IMG/VR virus record: IMGVR_UViG_2931736537_000001
Location: 32,001-96,000 of that record
DNA: 64,000 nt
Source of the DNA: a virus
Taxonomy: Duplodnaviria; Caudoviricetes
Direction: 5' to 3' (one strand)
Shown here piece by piece: positions 9,708 through 19,799 of this stretch. Every line of letters begins with the position of its first letter. The first letter of the stretch is position 1. Below the pieces are notes generated by a model. It had not been told where the DNA came from. It did no database searches and worked only from the letters and a program-made list of their open reading frames with translations. A program made the translations under genes and the position numbers.

Positions 9708-9845
9708 CACGACGGCGGCAACGCGAAGGGGCCGCCACCAGGCAGCTGACGGCCCCTCGCTGTCTCGTCTCCGCATGCCGCGTACGGCGCGGCCAGCGTA
9801 ACCGATCTTCGTTCCAGCGCACAGCCCCCACTTTCCACAGGCACA

Positions 9846-9864
9846 GCGATTGCCCCGCAATCAC
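9846..9864. repeat. 19-bp palindrome, copy 6 (1 mismatch)
   Basis: GCGATTGCCCCGCAATCAC. Confidence 0.7.
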
Positions 9865-9895
9865 CGTGAGCCCCAGAGCAGAAACGGAGCCCCTC

Positions 9896-10369
9896 TTGAG
9901 CAGCCCCGCCGCGCCCCGCCGCCGGGTACGAGAGCGCACCGAGGGCTGGCGCAAGGGCGACGCGGTCATCGTCGACCGCACCACGCGCCGGCCCGCTCTC
10001 GGCAACCCCTTCGACCTGGAGTGGGTGTACAGCCTGAAGCTGGCCGAGCGCGGCGACCGCCCGGCCGCGCACGAGGCCGCCGTCGACCTGTTCGCCAAGT
10101 GGCTGGCCGGCGACCGGACCTACCTCGACAGCAACGACGACGACCTGCGCCGCGAGCGCGTCCTCGAGCACCTGCAGCAGCTCCGCGGCAAGGACCTCGC
10201 CTGCCCCTGCAGGGAACGACTGCGCTGCCACGCCGAGGTCCTCATGCAGTGGGCCAACGCCGACCCGACCGAGACCGCCCGGTACGTCGCCCTTGCCCGG
10301 CACCGGGTCGACCGCGCCCGCGCCCGGCAGGGCCTCCCGCCGGTCAGCCGCCTGCTGGAAGCCGCGTGA
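9896..10369 (+). CDS. DUF4326 domain protein
   Basis: VIVDR...GNPF...LRGKDLACPC...CHAEVL. Confidence 0.8.
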   Translation: MSSPAAPRRRVRERTEGWRKGDAVIVDRTTRRPALGNPFDLEWVYSLKLAERGDRPAAHEAAVDLFAKWLAGDRTYLDSNDDDLRRERVLEHLQQLRGKDLACPCRERLRCHAEVLMQWANADPTETARYVALARHRVDRARARQGLPPVSRLLEAA

Positions 10370-10754
10370 CAGCCCCCGCCCGGCCAGCCGTGCCCAACGT
10401 TCCGGAGACCGCCGCCGCGTGGATCCGGGAGCACGTCCTGGCGCCGCTGCAGATCCCGCCCGCCTGGCCGGAGTGCCCCTGCCAGGGGGAGTCCAACGCC
10501 TGCGCGCACGGCCGGCACAACGAGTGCGGCCACGAGCAGTGGATCGCCTGGGGCGGCTACGAGCACGAGACCGTCATCAGCCAGGGCTTCGCCGGCTTCC
10601 CCTGCAGGGGCGCCTTCGGCCTGTACGGCAACGCCGACGTCTACCTCGCCGACCGGCGCTGCCGCACCCGCTGCAACTGCCCCTGCCACCTCCCGAGCCC
10701 AGCACTGCTCCGTCCCACACCGAGCAACTCGACCTGTTCCCGGAGGAGCAATGA
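10366..10754 (+). pseudogene. Cys-rich (DUF6248-like) protein, apparently frameshifted near 10690
   Basis: AAAWIREHVL...CPCQ...CxHGRHNEC...CNCPCH; the natural C-terminus (QLDLFPEEQ*) is in another frame. Confidence 0.55.
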
Positions 10755-11641
10755 AGCGACCGACCACCCACTACATGGCGACCCGCCCGGACGGCACCGT
10801 CCCGCCCACCGACCGCGACCAAGCCCGGTACTTCGAGGGGCAGGGCGAGACCATCCCCACCGTCAACCTCGCCGAACACGTCGGCCGAGTCGTCGACCAC
10901 CCCAGCCCGGGCGCAAAGTGGTACGACGACCGCCCCTTCTCGTACTTCCACATGTACACCCGCCCCGGCGAGGTCCTCGAGCGCGTCGGGTGGCCGGCCC
11001 GCCTCTTCGTCGTGAAGCCCCTGGGCGAGGTCGGCAACTGGGGCGGCGTGCACTACCCGTATTGGCGGATGTCCCACCAGCTGGAGGTCCTCGAGGAGAC
11101 CGACATCTGGCGGGCCTTCGGCCACCGCGGCGAGCGGGTCCTGGACCTCATCGACCGGCAGATCCCCGACCTGGCCCGGCAGTGGGCCGCAGAGTGGGTC
11201 ACCGACCCGGACGGCTCCCGCTGCCGCTACGCCACCTGGGCCGAGCGGCGCTCGGAAACCCAGGTCCTCGAGCAGTGGGTGTACTGGAGGGCGCGCTACT
11301 CCCGCCGGTCGGCCGCCGCCACGATCGCCGAGTCCCTCGCCCGGGCCGCCGGCACAAAGGCCGCGCGCGAAGCAGGGGCCGACGAGGAGGCCACCACGGC
11401 CATCGCCACCCGCGCCTGGTGCCTGGCCGCAGCCGAGCTGCTCCACGACCGGCTCCGCCGCAGCGACTACGAGAAGCAGCTCCGGGACCTGCTGCGCGGC
11501 AGTCCCCACCTCGTAACCGCCTCGACGGGCACGGTCATCGGCACCGCGGCGCCCAAGGGCACGCCCCCGAAGCGCGGCATCCCGATCACGGCGTCGAGGA
11601 CCGGCTCGCCGGCCAAGGGCAGGCCGCGGACCACGACCTGA
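10751..11641 (+). CDS. Hypothetical protein
   Basis: GGAGGAG RBS, codon bias. Confidence 0.75.
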   Translation: MKRPTTHYMATRPDGTVPPTDRDQARYFEGQGETIPTVNLAEHVGRVVDHPSPGAKWYDDRPFSYFHMYTRPGEVLERVGWPARLFVVKPLGEVGNWGGVHYPYWRMSHQLEVLEETDIWRAFGHRGERVLDLIDRQIPDLARQWAAEWVTDPDGSRCRYATWAERRSETQVLEQWVYWRARYSRRSAAATIAESLARAAGTKAAREAGADEEATTAIATRAWCLAAAELLHDRLRRSDYEKQLRDLLRGSPHLVTASTGTVIGTAAPKGTPPKRGIPITASRTGSPAKGRPRTTT

Positions 11642-11742
11642 CCCACCCGGAACCACACCCAGGCCGCCGCCTTACCCGCCCGGGCGGCGGCCCACCGCAC
11701 ACCCTCGGGCGGACGCCGAGAACACCAGATCGGAGACCCGAA

Positions 11743-12006
11743 GTGCCCGACCTCGCCGGCGACCTGGCGAACGCCGAAGACGAACTGGCCCGCTTACGGG
11801 GCATCGTCGCCAACACCACGGCGTGGATCCACGACGACGCCTACGACATTGCGGCCCGCCGCGCCCTCGCCCAGCGCCTGAAGCTGCCCGAGCCCTCACC
11901 GCGGACGCGCTCCACCGACGGTGCACCGGACAGGCACCGGCCCGTCGGCGACCACAGCCCGGGCCCGAACGCAGGCCGGAGCACCCTCTCAGCAACGGAA
12001 GACTGA
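11743..12006 (+). CDS. Hypothetical protein
   Basis: GGAG RBS, GTG start, MPDLAGDLANAEDELARLR. Confidence 0.55.
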   Translation: MPDLAGDLANAEDELARLRGIVANTTAWIHDDAYDIAARRALAQRLKLPEPSPRTRSTDGAPDRHRPVGDHSPGPNAGRSTLSATED

Positions 12007-12010
12007 CCTG

Positions 12011-12238
12011 ATGCCCATCGCTGACGCCGAGCTGGCCGCCGCCGAGGACTTCCGGCGCACCCTGGCCAGCCACGACATGGAGAGCCTGCTCGACCTGCTG
12101 GGCGCGCACAGGGAACAGGCGATCACGAGCCTGCGGAAGGCGCTCAGGGCCCTGCGCGCGGACCTCGACGCCCAGGCCGCCAGCCACCGGAGGCTGCTCG
12201 CCCTCCTGACCGCTCCCACCGCTGGAGGCCACCGATGA
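12011..12238 (+). CDS. Hypothetical coiled-coil protein
   Basis: ATGA-coupled to next gene. Confidence 0.6.
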   Translation: MPIADAELAAAEDFRRTLASHDMESLLDLLGAHREQAITSLRKALRALRADLDAQAASHRRLLALLTAPTAGGHR

Positions 12239-13083
12239 CCGAGGTCCGCACCCCTGACGCCGCCGTGGCGACCCTCACCCGCGCGTACGAGCTGCTCGAG
12301 GACGACGGTGCCACGCAGCACCTCGGGGTTCTTCGCCAGCCGCTGGCCGACCTGTTCGCCGACCACCTGAGCGGCGACCGCCACGGCCCGATCCGCACCG
12401 CCGCCCCGGCCGAGCCGGCCCCGGTCCTCGACGAGGTGTTCAACCGGCCCGGCAGCGGAGCCTGCTACAGCTGCGGAGACACCGGCGTGCGGTACGACGG
12501 CGTTGGCCCCGAAGGACACGAGTGGTCCACGCAGCAGTGCTGCTGTCAGCACGAGCACTGCAGGTGCGGCGCCTGCGGCGGCTTCCCCTGCGAAGAAGTC
12601 GCCACCGTCGTCCACCTCGCCGCCGTCCTGCTGCGCCAACACGGACCCCACGACGCGACACACCTGGCCGCAGTCCCGTCCGTCGAGCACGCTGGCCAGC
12701 AGTACCTCCTCGGCTACCCCTACGCCGACCGCGACGGTGAACAGTGGGAAGTCCTGGACTACCCCGCCCACGACGGCACACCGTTGGCCCTCCTCCTGCC
12801 CGCGGGCGCCGGCGAGCCCACAGCGCTGCCGGAGATCCTCGAGGCATACGGTCCGCTGCGCCGCATCGCCCACCCGGGCGCCACCGCCCCGGCCCCCGAA
12901 GAAGCTCTGCCCTACTGGGGGCAGAAGCGCTGGGAGGGCGCTGTCGCCCGCTGCACGGGCATGCGGCACCTGGCCCCGGTCGGAGACGACGGCCTGATGA
13001 ACACCCACTCCATCTCCGAGGGCTTCACCGGCCAGTGCCCCGGGTCGAACCAGCCGCCGCGGACCGCCCCATGGCCGCAGTGA
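12235..13083 (+). CDS. Cys-rich phage hypothetical protein
   Basis: GGAGG RBS; CxxC clusters; DRDGEQW...LPEILEAYGPL. Confidence 0.7.
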   Translation: MTEVRTPDAAVATLTRAYELLEDDGATQHLGVLRQPLADLFADHLSGDRHGPIRTAAPAEPAPVLDEVFNRPGSGACYSCGDTGVRYDGVGPEGHEWSTQQCCCQHEHCRCGACGGFPCEEVATVVHLAAVLLRQHGPHDATHLAAVPSVEHAGQQYLLGYPYADRDGEQWEVLDYPAHDGTPLALLLPAGAGEPTALPEILEAYGPLRRIAHPGATAPAPEEALPYWGQKRWEGAVARCTGMRHLAPVGDDGLMNTHSISEGFTGQCPGSNQPPRTAPWPQ

Positions 13084-13409
13084 CTCCCGGGCAGGTGGCA
13101 CTCGGCGACGCGACCGCCCCGGCCTCCACGACACCCGACACCGTGCCAGCCGGCTGCTACTGGTGGACCGACCCGGACGGCGACCTCTGCCTCATGCCCG
13201 GCTGTATGGCCCGCGTCCAGGACCCCGAAGCCGAGTGCACCTGCGACAAGCTCGGCGCCCGCCTGCGCCGCGCCGAGGAGAAGCTCAAGGCTCGGCAGGA
13301 GGCCCAACGGTACGCCAGCACCTGGTGGGACGCGCTCACCGAAGCCGTCCGCGCACACCCCGACGCCGCACAGATCCTGGCCGACGCCCGCCGCCGGGCC
13401 GGCCGCTGA
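13080..13409 (+). CDS. Hypothetical protein
   Basis: GTGA coupling; CYWW...MPGCM...ECTC. Confidence 0.65.
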   Translation: MTPGQVALGDATAPASTTPDTVPAGCYWWTDPDGDLCLMPGCMARVQDPEAECTCDKLGARLRRAEEKLKARQEAQRYASTWWDALTEAVRAHPDAAQILADARRRAGR

Positions 13410-13425
13410 ACGGAGGACCCCGACC

Positions 13426-14208
13426 ATGGGCGCAGCCCTGCACCTCGCACACACCGCTCACCCCTCGCCCGGCGACGGTCATCGCACGAGGGGCAAGGGC
13501 GGCGGCGGGGGCGAGACCTTCGCCGACTTCGCCCGGCAGGTCTACAGCGACGAACGCGCAACACCGCAGGCCCGGGAAATGCTCCTCGCCTTCGGCTACG
13601 CCACGATGGTCGCCCACCCCGACGACGATCGGGACGGGGACGCCATCTGGGCCACCGCCCGCCGCGCCATGGGAACTACCCGCACCGGCCGCGAGTGGCG
13701 CCTGGACCAGGCCGTCGCCGACGACGCCCCCCGCTACTCCTCCAACCGGGACCGCGCGCGTCGGGTGTGCGTCGCCCCGCGGCTGCGGCCCCACCCCGAC
13801 GGACCCGACGACTTCCGCAACCAGCGCGGCATCTGCGGTAGCAGCGCCGACTGGGAGCACCACGCCGTGGAGAAGCAGGCCGGCACCGGCTGGTACAAGT
13901 ACCACTGGTACTGCCGACGCCACCTCGACCACCTCGCTCGCGTCCGCGAGCAGCTGCGCGCACCCAACAGCCGCGCGCCCGAGCCGATCCCCAACCGCGG
14001 TGGCCTGCTCCCCGTGTACTTCGAGTCCGACTGGCTCGCCATGTACCGCCAGCGCCTCGGCGTCCCCGACTGGGAGCCCCCGGTCTACGGCATCTGCGCC
14101 GACGACTGGCCCGTGCCCGGCGTGGAGAAGGTCCCGCCCCGCCCTCGGCTCCGCCTGGCCGCGGTCGACGGAACCGTCCTGGTCGAGGCCCCCGACGCCG
14201 GCCATTGA
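13426..14208 (+). CDS. Hypothetical protein
   Basis: GGAGG RBS, codon bias. Confidence 0.75.
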   Translation: MGAALHLAHTAHPSPGDGHRTRGKGGGGGETFADFARQVYSDERATPQAREMLLAFGYATMVAHPDDDRDGDAIWATARRAMGTTRTGREWRLDQAVADDAPRYSSNRDRARRVCVAPRLRPHPDGPDDFRNQRGICGSSADWEHHAVEKQAGTGWYKYHWYCRRHLDHLARVREQLRAPNSRAPEPIPNRGGLLPVYFESDWLAMYRQRLGVPDWEPPVYGICADDWPVPGVEKVPPRPRLRLAAVDGTVLVEAPDAGH

Positions 14209-14247
14209 GCCCCTCCTGAACCGACACAACCCCCGGAGACACACCTC

Positions 14248-14742
14248 ATGACCTTCGCGTACAAGGACCCCGACGGCTTCGGCCTCCTCATCACCCGCAC
14301 CACCGATCAGCGCGGCCGCGAGGTCCTGGACCTCTCGGTCAGCAACCCGGCCGACGGCCAGGGCTGGCAGAGCGGCAGCAACGTGCAGATCCCCGAGGAG
14401 AAGCTCCTCGCCGGCGTCCAGGAAACCGCCACCGCCTCCACCGACCCCCGCCAGCCACTGCGCCTGGTCATCGAACGGCCCGAGCCCGGCGACTGGCACG
14501 GACGCCTCGACGTCCTCGAAGCGCTCGAAGACGCGGGCTGGACCGCCGATCCGGAGTACCCGCTGAGCATCCTGCGCCACCCGTCCGGCGCCGTCTGGGC
14601 CGTGACCAACGAGTCCGGCGACTCCGGGCTCACCTGCCCCAATGGGGCGAACACCGCCTTCCCGTCGGACACTCCATCCATCGTCGTCATCGCCGCCTGC
14701 CTCGCTGCCACCCACACCACCGTGCCCAGCGAGGCCAGGTGA
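14248..14742 (+). CDS. Hypothetical protein
   Basis: GGAG RBS, codon bias. Confidence 0.7.
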   Translation: MTFAYKDPDGFGLLITRTTDQRGREVLDLSVSNPADGQGWQSGSNVQIPEEKLLAGVQETATASTDPRQPLRLVIERPEPGDWHGRLDVLEALEDAGWTADPEYPLSILRHPSGAVWAVTNESGDSGLTCPNGANTAFPSDTPSIVVIAACLAATHTTVPSEAR

Positions 14743-15128
14743 CCGACGAACTCGCCGAGCGGCGAAGCAGCGCCCGGGCGGCCCACCGCCGGCCGGGCCG
14801 GGGCGCCGCGCCGACGCCGCCTGCCGAACCGCCCCGCTGGGTACGGACCTTCGTCATCCCCCGGGACGCCTGCGAGCCGTGCGCCCGGCACCACCACCAC
14901 CGCTGCCACGGCGTCGACGTCCTCCTGGACCCCATCCCCGACTGCCCGTGCGACTGTGGCGACCCGCGCAACCCGCTGCTCCTCAACGCCCGGGCCTGGG
15001 CCGACCTCGCCCTGTACGCCCCTGACCAGGTGTGGGTGGCCGCCATGTTCGAGCGGCAGCGCGCCGCCGGCATCCACCAGTGCACCTGGCGCAACGACGA
15101 CAGTGGCCTGCGGGCTGCCAAAGGGTGA
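14739..15128 (+). CDS. Cys/His-rich hypothetical protein
   Basis: GTGA coupling; CEPC...HHHHRC...CPCDC. Confidence 0.6.
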   Translation: MTDELAERRSSARAAHRRPGRGAAPTPPAEPPRWVRTFVIPRDACEPCARHHHHRCHGVDVLLDPIPDCPCDCGDPRNPLLLNARAWADLALYAPDQVWVAAMFERQRAAGIHQCTWRNDDSGLRAAKG

Positions 15129-15500
15129 AGATCGGTCTCCTGGGCAGCGTTCATGTGCCAGCATGGGCTCGTGCAGTCGAAACGATCGCGTGTCCGCAAG
15201 AGCCGGGGCCAGACGGCCCTGTTGCTGCGCGCATTGATCGTTCTGGCGCTGGACATGTTCCTGGGCGTGGGGGCAGCGGGGGGCCGTCGAGGCCTTGGGG
15301 GGCACGCTTGGGGCACCTGGTCGCAGATGGCGAGGGTGTTTTTGTGGCCAGCACTTCGGCTTCAGAACTGAGAGTTCCTTCCCGAGCCCTTGAGGGCCTC
15401 CGGAGGAACCCGTGCGCATGCGGGACGCTGCGCTCATCGACGAGCTGAAATCGCGGGTTTCCCTCTTCTGCTCACCTCAGACGAGAGAGATCCATCAGGC

Positions 15501-15704
15501 ATGTCTCAGCAGAACCCGGCACAGCGCGGCGAGAACGAACCTCTGAACCGTGACGAGCGGACGCCGGCAGCGGCGCCGCAGGCCGACGCTGTCCCGAGGG
15601 CAGCTCTCGTTGGCGCGGTCAAGGGAACGATGATCGGCCTCGGAACCAAGGCCGGGAAGTGGCTCTGGGAGAAGGGCGTGGAGCTGAAGGACCACTGGCA
15701 GTGA
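15501..15704 (+). CDS. Small hypothetical protein
   Basis: ATG ORF with amphipathic C-terminus. Confidence 0.45.
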   Translation: MSQQNPAQRGENEPLNRDERTPAAAPQADAVPRAALVGAVKGTMIGLGTKAGKWLWEKGVELKDHWQ

Positions 15705-15759
15705 GTTGTACGCCGGTGACCTTGCAGGCTTCTGATCTGCGGGTTTGGGCTCAACGGAC

Positions 15760-15789
15760 TTCCATCTATGCAACGTAGCGTTGTAATGT
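15760..15789 (+). promoter_or_regulatory. Putative promoter (TTCCAT-N18-TAATGT) with palindromic operator CAACG-TAG-CGTTG
   Basis: 16 bp CAACGTAGCGTTGTAA shared with the site at 34185-34200. Confidence 0.6.
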
Positions 15790-15841
15790 GGGGGGTGTTG
15801 GCGGGGACGGTCCCCGCCACACACCACGGAGGGAGCCCCCC

Positions 15842-16345
15842 ATGGCCACCACGACGGACACCGCCTACACCACCGGCGACATCGTCAAGGGCCGCCCCCT
15901 GAAGGAGGGCGTACCGCAGCCGGTCCGGAAGGGCATCGTCCTCCGCCTTTACGGCAACGACGCCTCGAGCGGCTACCTCGTCTGGTGGTACGGCAAGGGC
16001 CCCGCCTCCATGAAGACCGTCTCCTTGATGTTCGGCCGCGAACTCCGCCGCGCCGGCGTCCTCGAGGACCTGTCCCTGCGGCTGATCACCACCATCGAAC
16101 GCGGCGCCGCGACCTTCAACGACGCCCTGCCGATCGCCTACAAGGCCGGGAACCTCCGCCTTCGCAGGCGGCGCTTCCGCATCCAGGACGTCCCCGCCGA
16201 CTGGTCCCCGGCCCACCGCTGCTGCCTTGAGTGCGGCAACACCGAGCCCCAGGTACGGCTGAAGGCCATCACCCACACCGGAACCTCCCAGCAGGCCCTC
16301 GCCTGCGACCGGCACGCCGACCAGGTCGGCGCCGCCCTGGGCTGA
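15842..16345 (+). CDS. Hypothetical protein with C-terminal Zn-ribbon-like motif
   Basis: GGAG RBS; CLEC...CDRH. Confidence 0.75.
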   Translation: MATTTDTAYTTGDIVKGRPLKEGVPQPVRKGIVLRLYGNDASSGYLVWWYGKGPASMKTVSLMFGRELRRAGVLEDLSLRLITTIERGAATFNDALPIAYKAGNLRLRRRRFRIQDVPADWSPAHRCCLECGNTEPQVRLKAITHTGTSQQALACDRHADQVGAALG

Positions 16346-16469
16346 CCTCCAGCCCCAGTAGCCCCCGCTCGCGCGCGGGGCTACGGCTCCTTCAGCACCT
16401 GGGCGATGCGGCACGTCTATGGTGCGGCCTATTCACCCCGTGCGGCCCATCCGGCTGCCACCGAGCCGA

Positions 16470-17831
16470 TCAGGCTGGCCTCTCCACGGTCTGCGACAGC
16501 AGGTAGTGCTGCACCGCCTCGACGACGTGCTCGGGGTGCCCGCCGACGCGCTGCCCAGGTTGCAGAGGCCGGTCGGCGACCGCCGACCACCCGCCGGCCT
16601 CGTCAGCGACCTTGCTGAACAGCCAGGCCAGGTTCGCGGCAACCTCCACGTACACGTCCGGGCCCGTCACCCAGCCCTGCACGACCCGCACGAGTTCCGA
16701 GACCGCGGCCTCGTCGAACCGGGTCTTCTTCTCCGCCAGGTCCACGCCGACGTTCCACGCCAGGCGCACCATGTCCTCCGACTCCCACGAGCCCTCCCGG
16801 CCGGCCATCATCCGGTAGCGAGCTCCGCCCTCCCGCCCGGCGCCCGCGTCCTCGAGCACGAGCCGGTACAACGCCACCAGCAGCGACCCCGCCGCCTTCC
16901 GACCGGCACCGACCAGAGCCGCCTTCACCGCGGCGCAGTCCTCATCCGTCGGCGGCACCACCGGGCGCAGCGGCCCCCGGGTCAGTTCCAGCATGGTGAA
17001 GTCCAGCGTCTCCAGCTCACGCCGGTGCCCACCGTCCGCGTCGAACGTCCCATCCCCGCTGCGCAGGTACCAGCCCTGGTAGAACCGGTCGACGACGCGG
17101 TACGGCCGCCGACTGCTGGAGCTGGTCTTCGCGGCGCCCCCGCGCGCGTTGGGAACCATCTCCGGCAGGTCCTGGCCGGCCGCCTCGCCTTGCGGCTCCC
17201 GTACGGCAGCCGCCAGTTCGGTCCGGCGTGCAGCGACCAGCGGAGCCCACCCGGCGGGCATCTCCGCGTGCTCGCCACCTGTGTGCGCAACGAACTGGGC
17301 TCCGTTGTACAGGGCCAGCGCCTTCTCGTTGTCGAGCGGCATGGCGACGGGGTGACCTTCGACCGGGACCGGGTACTGCTCGAGGACCCAGGCTTTGCCG
17401 GCGTCGTAGAAGTCGGTGACGACCGCTTCCCACTCTCCCGCACGAGCCCACGGGCGAACCGCCCAGGCGTTGACGAGCAGCATCGCGCCGACGTGCCCCG
17501 GCAGTTGCTGCTCCGGCTCCCAGCCCTGCGGCAGGACGACGACGTCGGCCCGGCCCTCATACTCCTCGCCGGTCTTCTCTCGGCGCAGCGTGTGCAGCTG
17601 GTCAGCGAGGGCCTGGACGAAGGCGTGCCGGTCGAGGGCGGCCGGCACGGTGCAGGCGAACACGAACGGCACGACGTGCAGCTCCATGGGCGGGGCTGTG
17701 GGGTCGGCCGACTTCTGCGACGCGGAGGCGCCGCCGTCCAACGTGTGACTGGCCTGGGTGTAGCGCCTCTCGCGGTTCTCGCCCTGGGCGGCACGGATGG
17801 CGCGGGTACGGGCGCGGGAGTCCTTCGGCAT
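16470..17831 (-). CDS. Hypothetical protein
   Basis: AGGAG RBS, 453-aa ORF with codon bias. Confidence 0.75.
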   Translation of the reverse strand: MPKDSRARTRAIRAAQGENRERRYTQASHTLDGGASASQKSADPTAPPMELHVVPFVFACTVPAALDRHAFVQALADQLHTLRREKTGEEYEGRADVVVLPQGWEPEQQLPGHVGAMLLVNAWAVRPWARAGEWEAVVTDFYDAGKAWVLEQYPVPVEGHPVAMPLDNEKALALYNGAQFVAHTGGEHAEMPAGWAPLVAARRTELAAAVREPQGEAAGQDLPEMVPNARGGAAKTSSSSRRPYRVVDRFYQGWYLRSGDGTFDADGGHRRELETLDFTMLELTRGPLRPVVPPTDEDCAAVKAALVGAGRKAAGSLLVALYRLVLEDAGAGREGGARYRMMAGREGSWESEDMVRLAWNVGVDLAEKKTRFDEAAVSELVRVVQGWVTGPDVYVEVAANLAWLFSKVADEAGGWSAVADRPLQPGQRVGGHPEHVVEAVQHYLLSQTVERPA

Positions 17832-18036
17832 CGGAACACTCCTGGTTCACGGCATGCCCCACGCGCACGCCGCACAGTCAAGAGTGGGGCGATGCAGGCC
17901 GCACGAGGAGTCGGAGACGTCTTGTCCGGCTGTGGGATCCCGGGCGTGGGCCGGCTCCCTCACGGAGTCTGGCGGTCGTGCACCGCCGCGGCTCCGACTC
18001 TAGCGGACCGGCCTGCCCTCCCACAGTGCGTCTGGG

Positions 18037-18312
18037 TCACCGCGTGCGGGGCGCTCCGGGGTAGCCGACCGCGTCCGCGTACCGGGAGGCCTCGTTCACC
18101 AGCCAGGCCAGCTGCCTCCCCGCGGCCGCCACGTCGCCGTCTTCCAGCTTGGCCATCCCGTACCCGTAGGAGTACCCGGCCATCCGGCTCAGGACCGGGT
18201 CGAGCTTCTCCGTGCTGATGTCCCGCAGGAACCCGAACCACGTCTCGAGGTCAACGCGCAGCGCCTCGACGCTACGGTCCCGGCCTGCCGGTATGTCGTC
18301 GCTCTTGGTCAT
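18037..18312 (-). CDS. Hypothetical protein
   Basis: Codon bias. Confidence 0.6.
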   Translation of the reverse strand: MTKSDDIPAGRDRSVEALRVDLETWFGFLRDISTEKLDPVLSRMAGYSYGYGMAKLEDGDVAAAGRQLAWLVNEASRYADAVGYPGAPRTR

Positions 18313-18342
18313 CCGCCGAGGGTAGATCGCGCCCCGGACGCT

Positions 18343-18978
18343 TCACACACTGGCCGGTGTCCCGGGCAACCGGTGGCCCGGTACCCACCACGCCGGCGGC
18401 TGCGGGGCGTCGTCCTCCCACTGGTACAGGGTGAGGTCGTCCTGGTGCTCGTCGGAGTGGCCACGCCACCGCGTGCAGTACTGGCGCCCGTCGCCGGGGG
18501 CGACGTACATGGACGGGCACCGGTTCTTCCCCTGGAAGCGGACCCGCAGCTCGTCGGGGTAGGTCGTGGCTGGCTCCACGGTCCAGTCCGCGGCCTCCAG
18601 CGTGGTGACGAGGATGCGCACCGCCTCCACCGCAGGCTGGGGCTCCAGCCGTACGCAGCCGCCGCGGCTGACGTCCTGCCCGAGCGACGTGCTCGAGATG
18701 GTGTACGGGTACTTGCGCAGGGCCCGGTCGGTGAGGTCCCACATCCATTCGCGCGTCTCCACGAGGAAGTACCCGGTGCGCCGCTCGACTCCGGCGCGCG
18801 TGGGGAACTCGTGCAGCCGGTTGACGTCGACCTCCCGCTCACGGCGGCCGGTGGCTGCGTCCGCGATGCGTACCCGCTTCCCGCCCGGGCGCACGATCCG
18901 CACGTACCGGGTCACCGCGTCCTCGGGCTGCCCGCACGGCGCGTACACCTGGCCGCGCTTGAGGTGACAACTCTCCAC
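18343..18978 (-). CDS. Hypothetical protein (SH3-like N-terminus)
   Basis: GGAG RBS; GQVY...VRIADAATGR...RTGY. Confidence 0.65.
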   Translation of the reverse strand: MESCHLKRGQVYAPCGQPEDAVTRYVRIVRPGGKRVRIADAATGRREREVDVNRLHEFPTRAGVERRTGYFLVETREWMWDLTDRALRKYPYTISSTSLGQDVSRGGCVRLEPQPAVEAVRILVTTLEAADWTVEPATTYPDELRVRFQGKNRCPSMYVAPGDGRQYCTRWRGHSDEHQDDLTLYQWEDDAPQPPAWWVPGHRLPGTPASV

Positions 18979-19056
18979 GGCAACTCCCGGGCTCGCCTGG
19001 CGACCCGACGACTCTATCCCCGCCCGGTCCAGCCCACCGGCCCAACGCCGGACCGG

Positions 19057-19611
19057 TCAGAAGCTCGCGGCCGGCATCCCCCCGGACGGCCACACGCAGC
19101 CCTCGCAGCGATCGTTCCGGTCGTGCCCGGCCACCTCCCAGTGCGCCTGCTTCAGCGCCCAGAAGGCCGCCCGGTACGTTTCCCGCGCGCGCAGGCACCA
19201 CTCCCGTTCCACGGCGTTGAGATGCGACCAGCACGCCTGCAGGCCGTCGACCTCGACGAAGCCCTCCGGCCACTCCGCGGCCTGTCGGGTACAGGGCCTG
19301 CCGTCCTCCCGGGCCCGGGTACACAGCGGCTTCTCGGTGCCGAGCCGGGCGCCCCACGGCGGGCTGGTGAACCGCACCCAGTCCGCCGGCAGCGTCCGGA
19401 CGACGCCTGGCGGCGGCAGCCGCACGTCCAGGTGTAGGCGCCCGCGGACGGCCCGCTGCCCGGCAGGCTCGGTGTCGATCGGGACCCCGGTCGACGCCCA
19501 CGACCCGGCCAGCCGCTCAGCGATGGCCTGCAGCGTGGCAGCGTCGCCGGCCACGATGTCCACCACGGCCAGCCCGGGCTCCGCCACGAGGGCGCGGTTG
19601 ATGTCTCCCAT
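19057..19611 (-). CDS. Hypothetical protein (DUF6207-like N-terminus, Cys-rich C-terminus)
   Basis: EPGLAVVDIVAGDAAT...WASTG...LHLDVR. Confidence 0.65.
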   Translation of the reverse strand: MGDINRALVAEPGLAVVDIVAGDAATLQAIAERLAGSWASTGVPIDTEPAGQRAVRGRLHLDVRLPPPGVVRTLPADWVRFTSPPWGARLGTEKPLCTRAREDGRPCTRQAAEWPEGFVEVDGLQACWSHLNAVEREWCLRARETYRAAFWALKQAHWEVAGHDRNDRCEGCVWPSGGMPAASF

Positions 19612-19799
19612 GCCGATGGGGACCGCGTCCGCCGGGCGGTAGTTGCGCAGCGGCGATCAGTTCACTCTGCCGGATGACGTCCCGCCTGAAGCTGCCTAGC
19701 CCAGGGATCCACTCCGAATCCCCCGGTACCAGGCCGGAACAGTGTCGTCCGCCCATAGCCTGGTCGGGGAACAACGAACGTCACGAGGGAGCACACCGG

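Noticed and set aside
9850-12006. 718-aa ORF as a single protein
   Set aside because: Mostly Arg/Pro-rich shadow frame overlapping better genes; it joins a frameshifted gene to a separate small ORF
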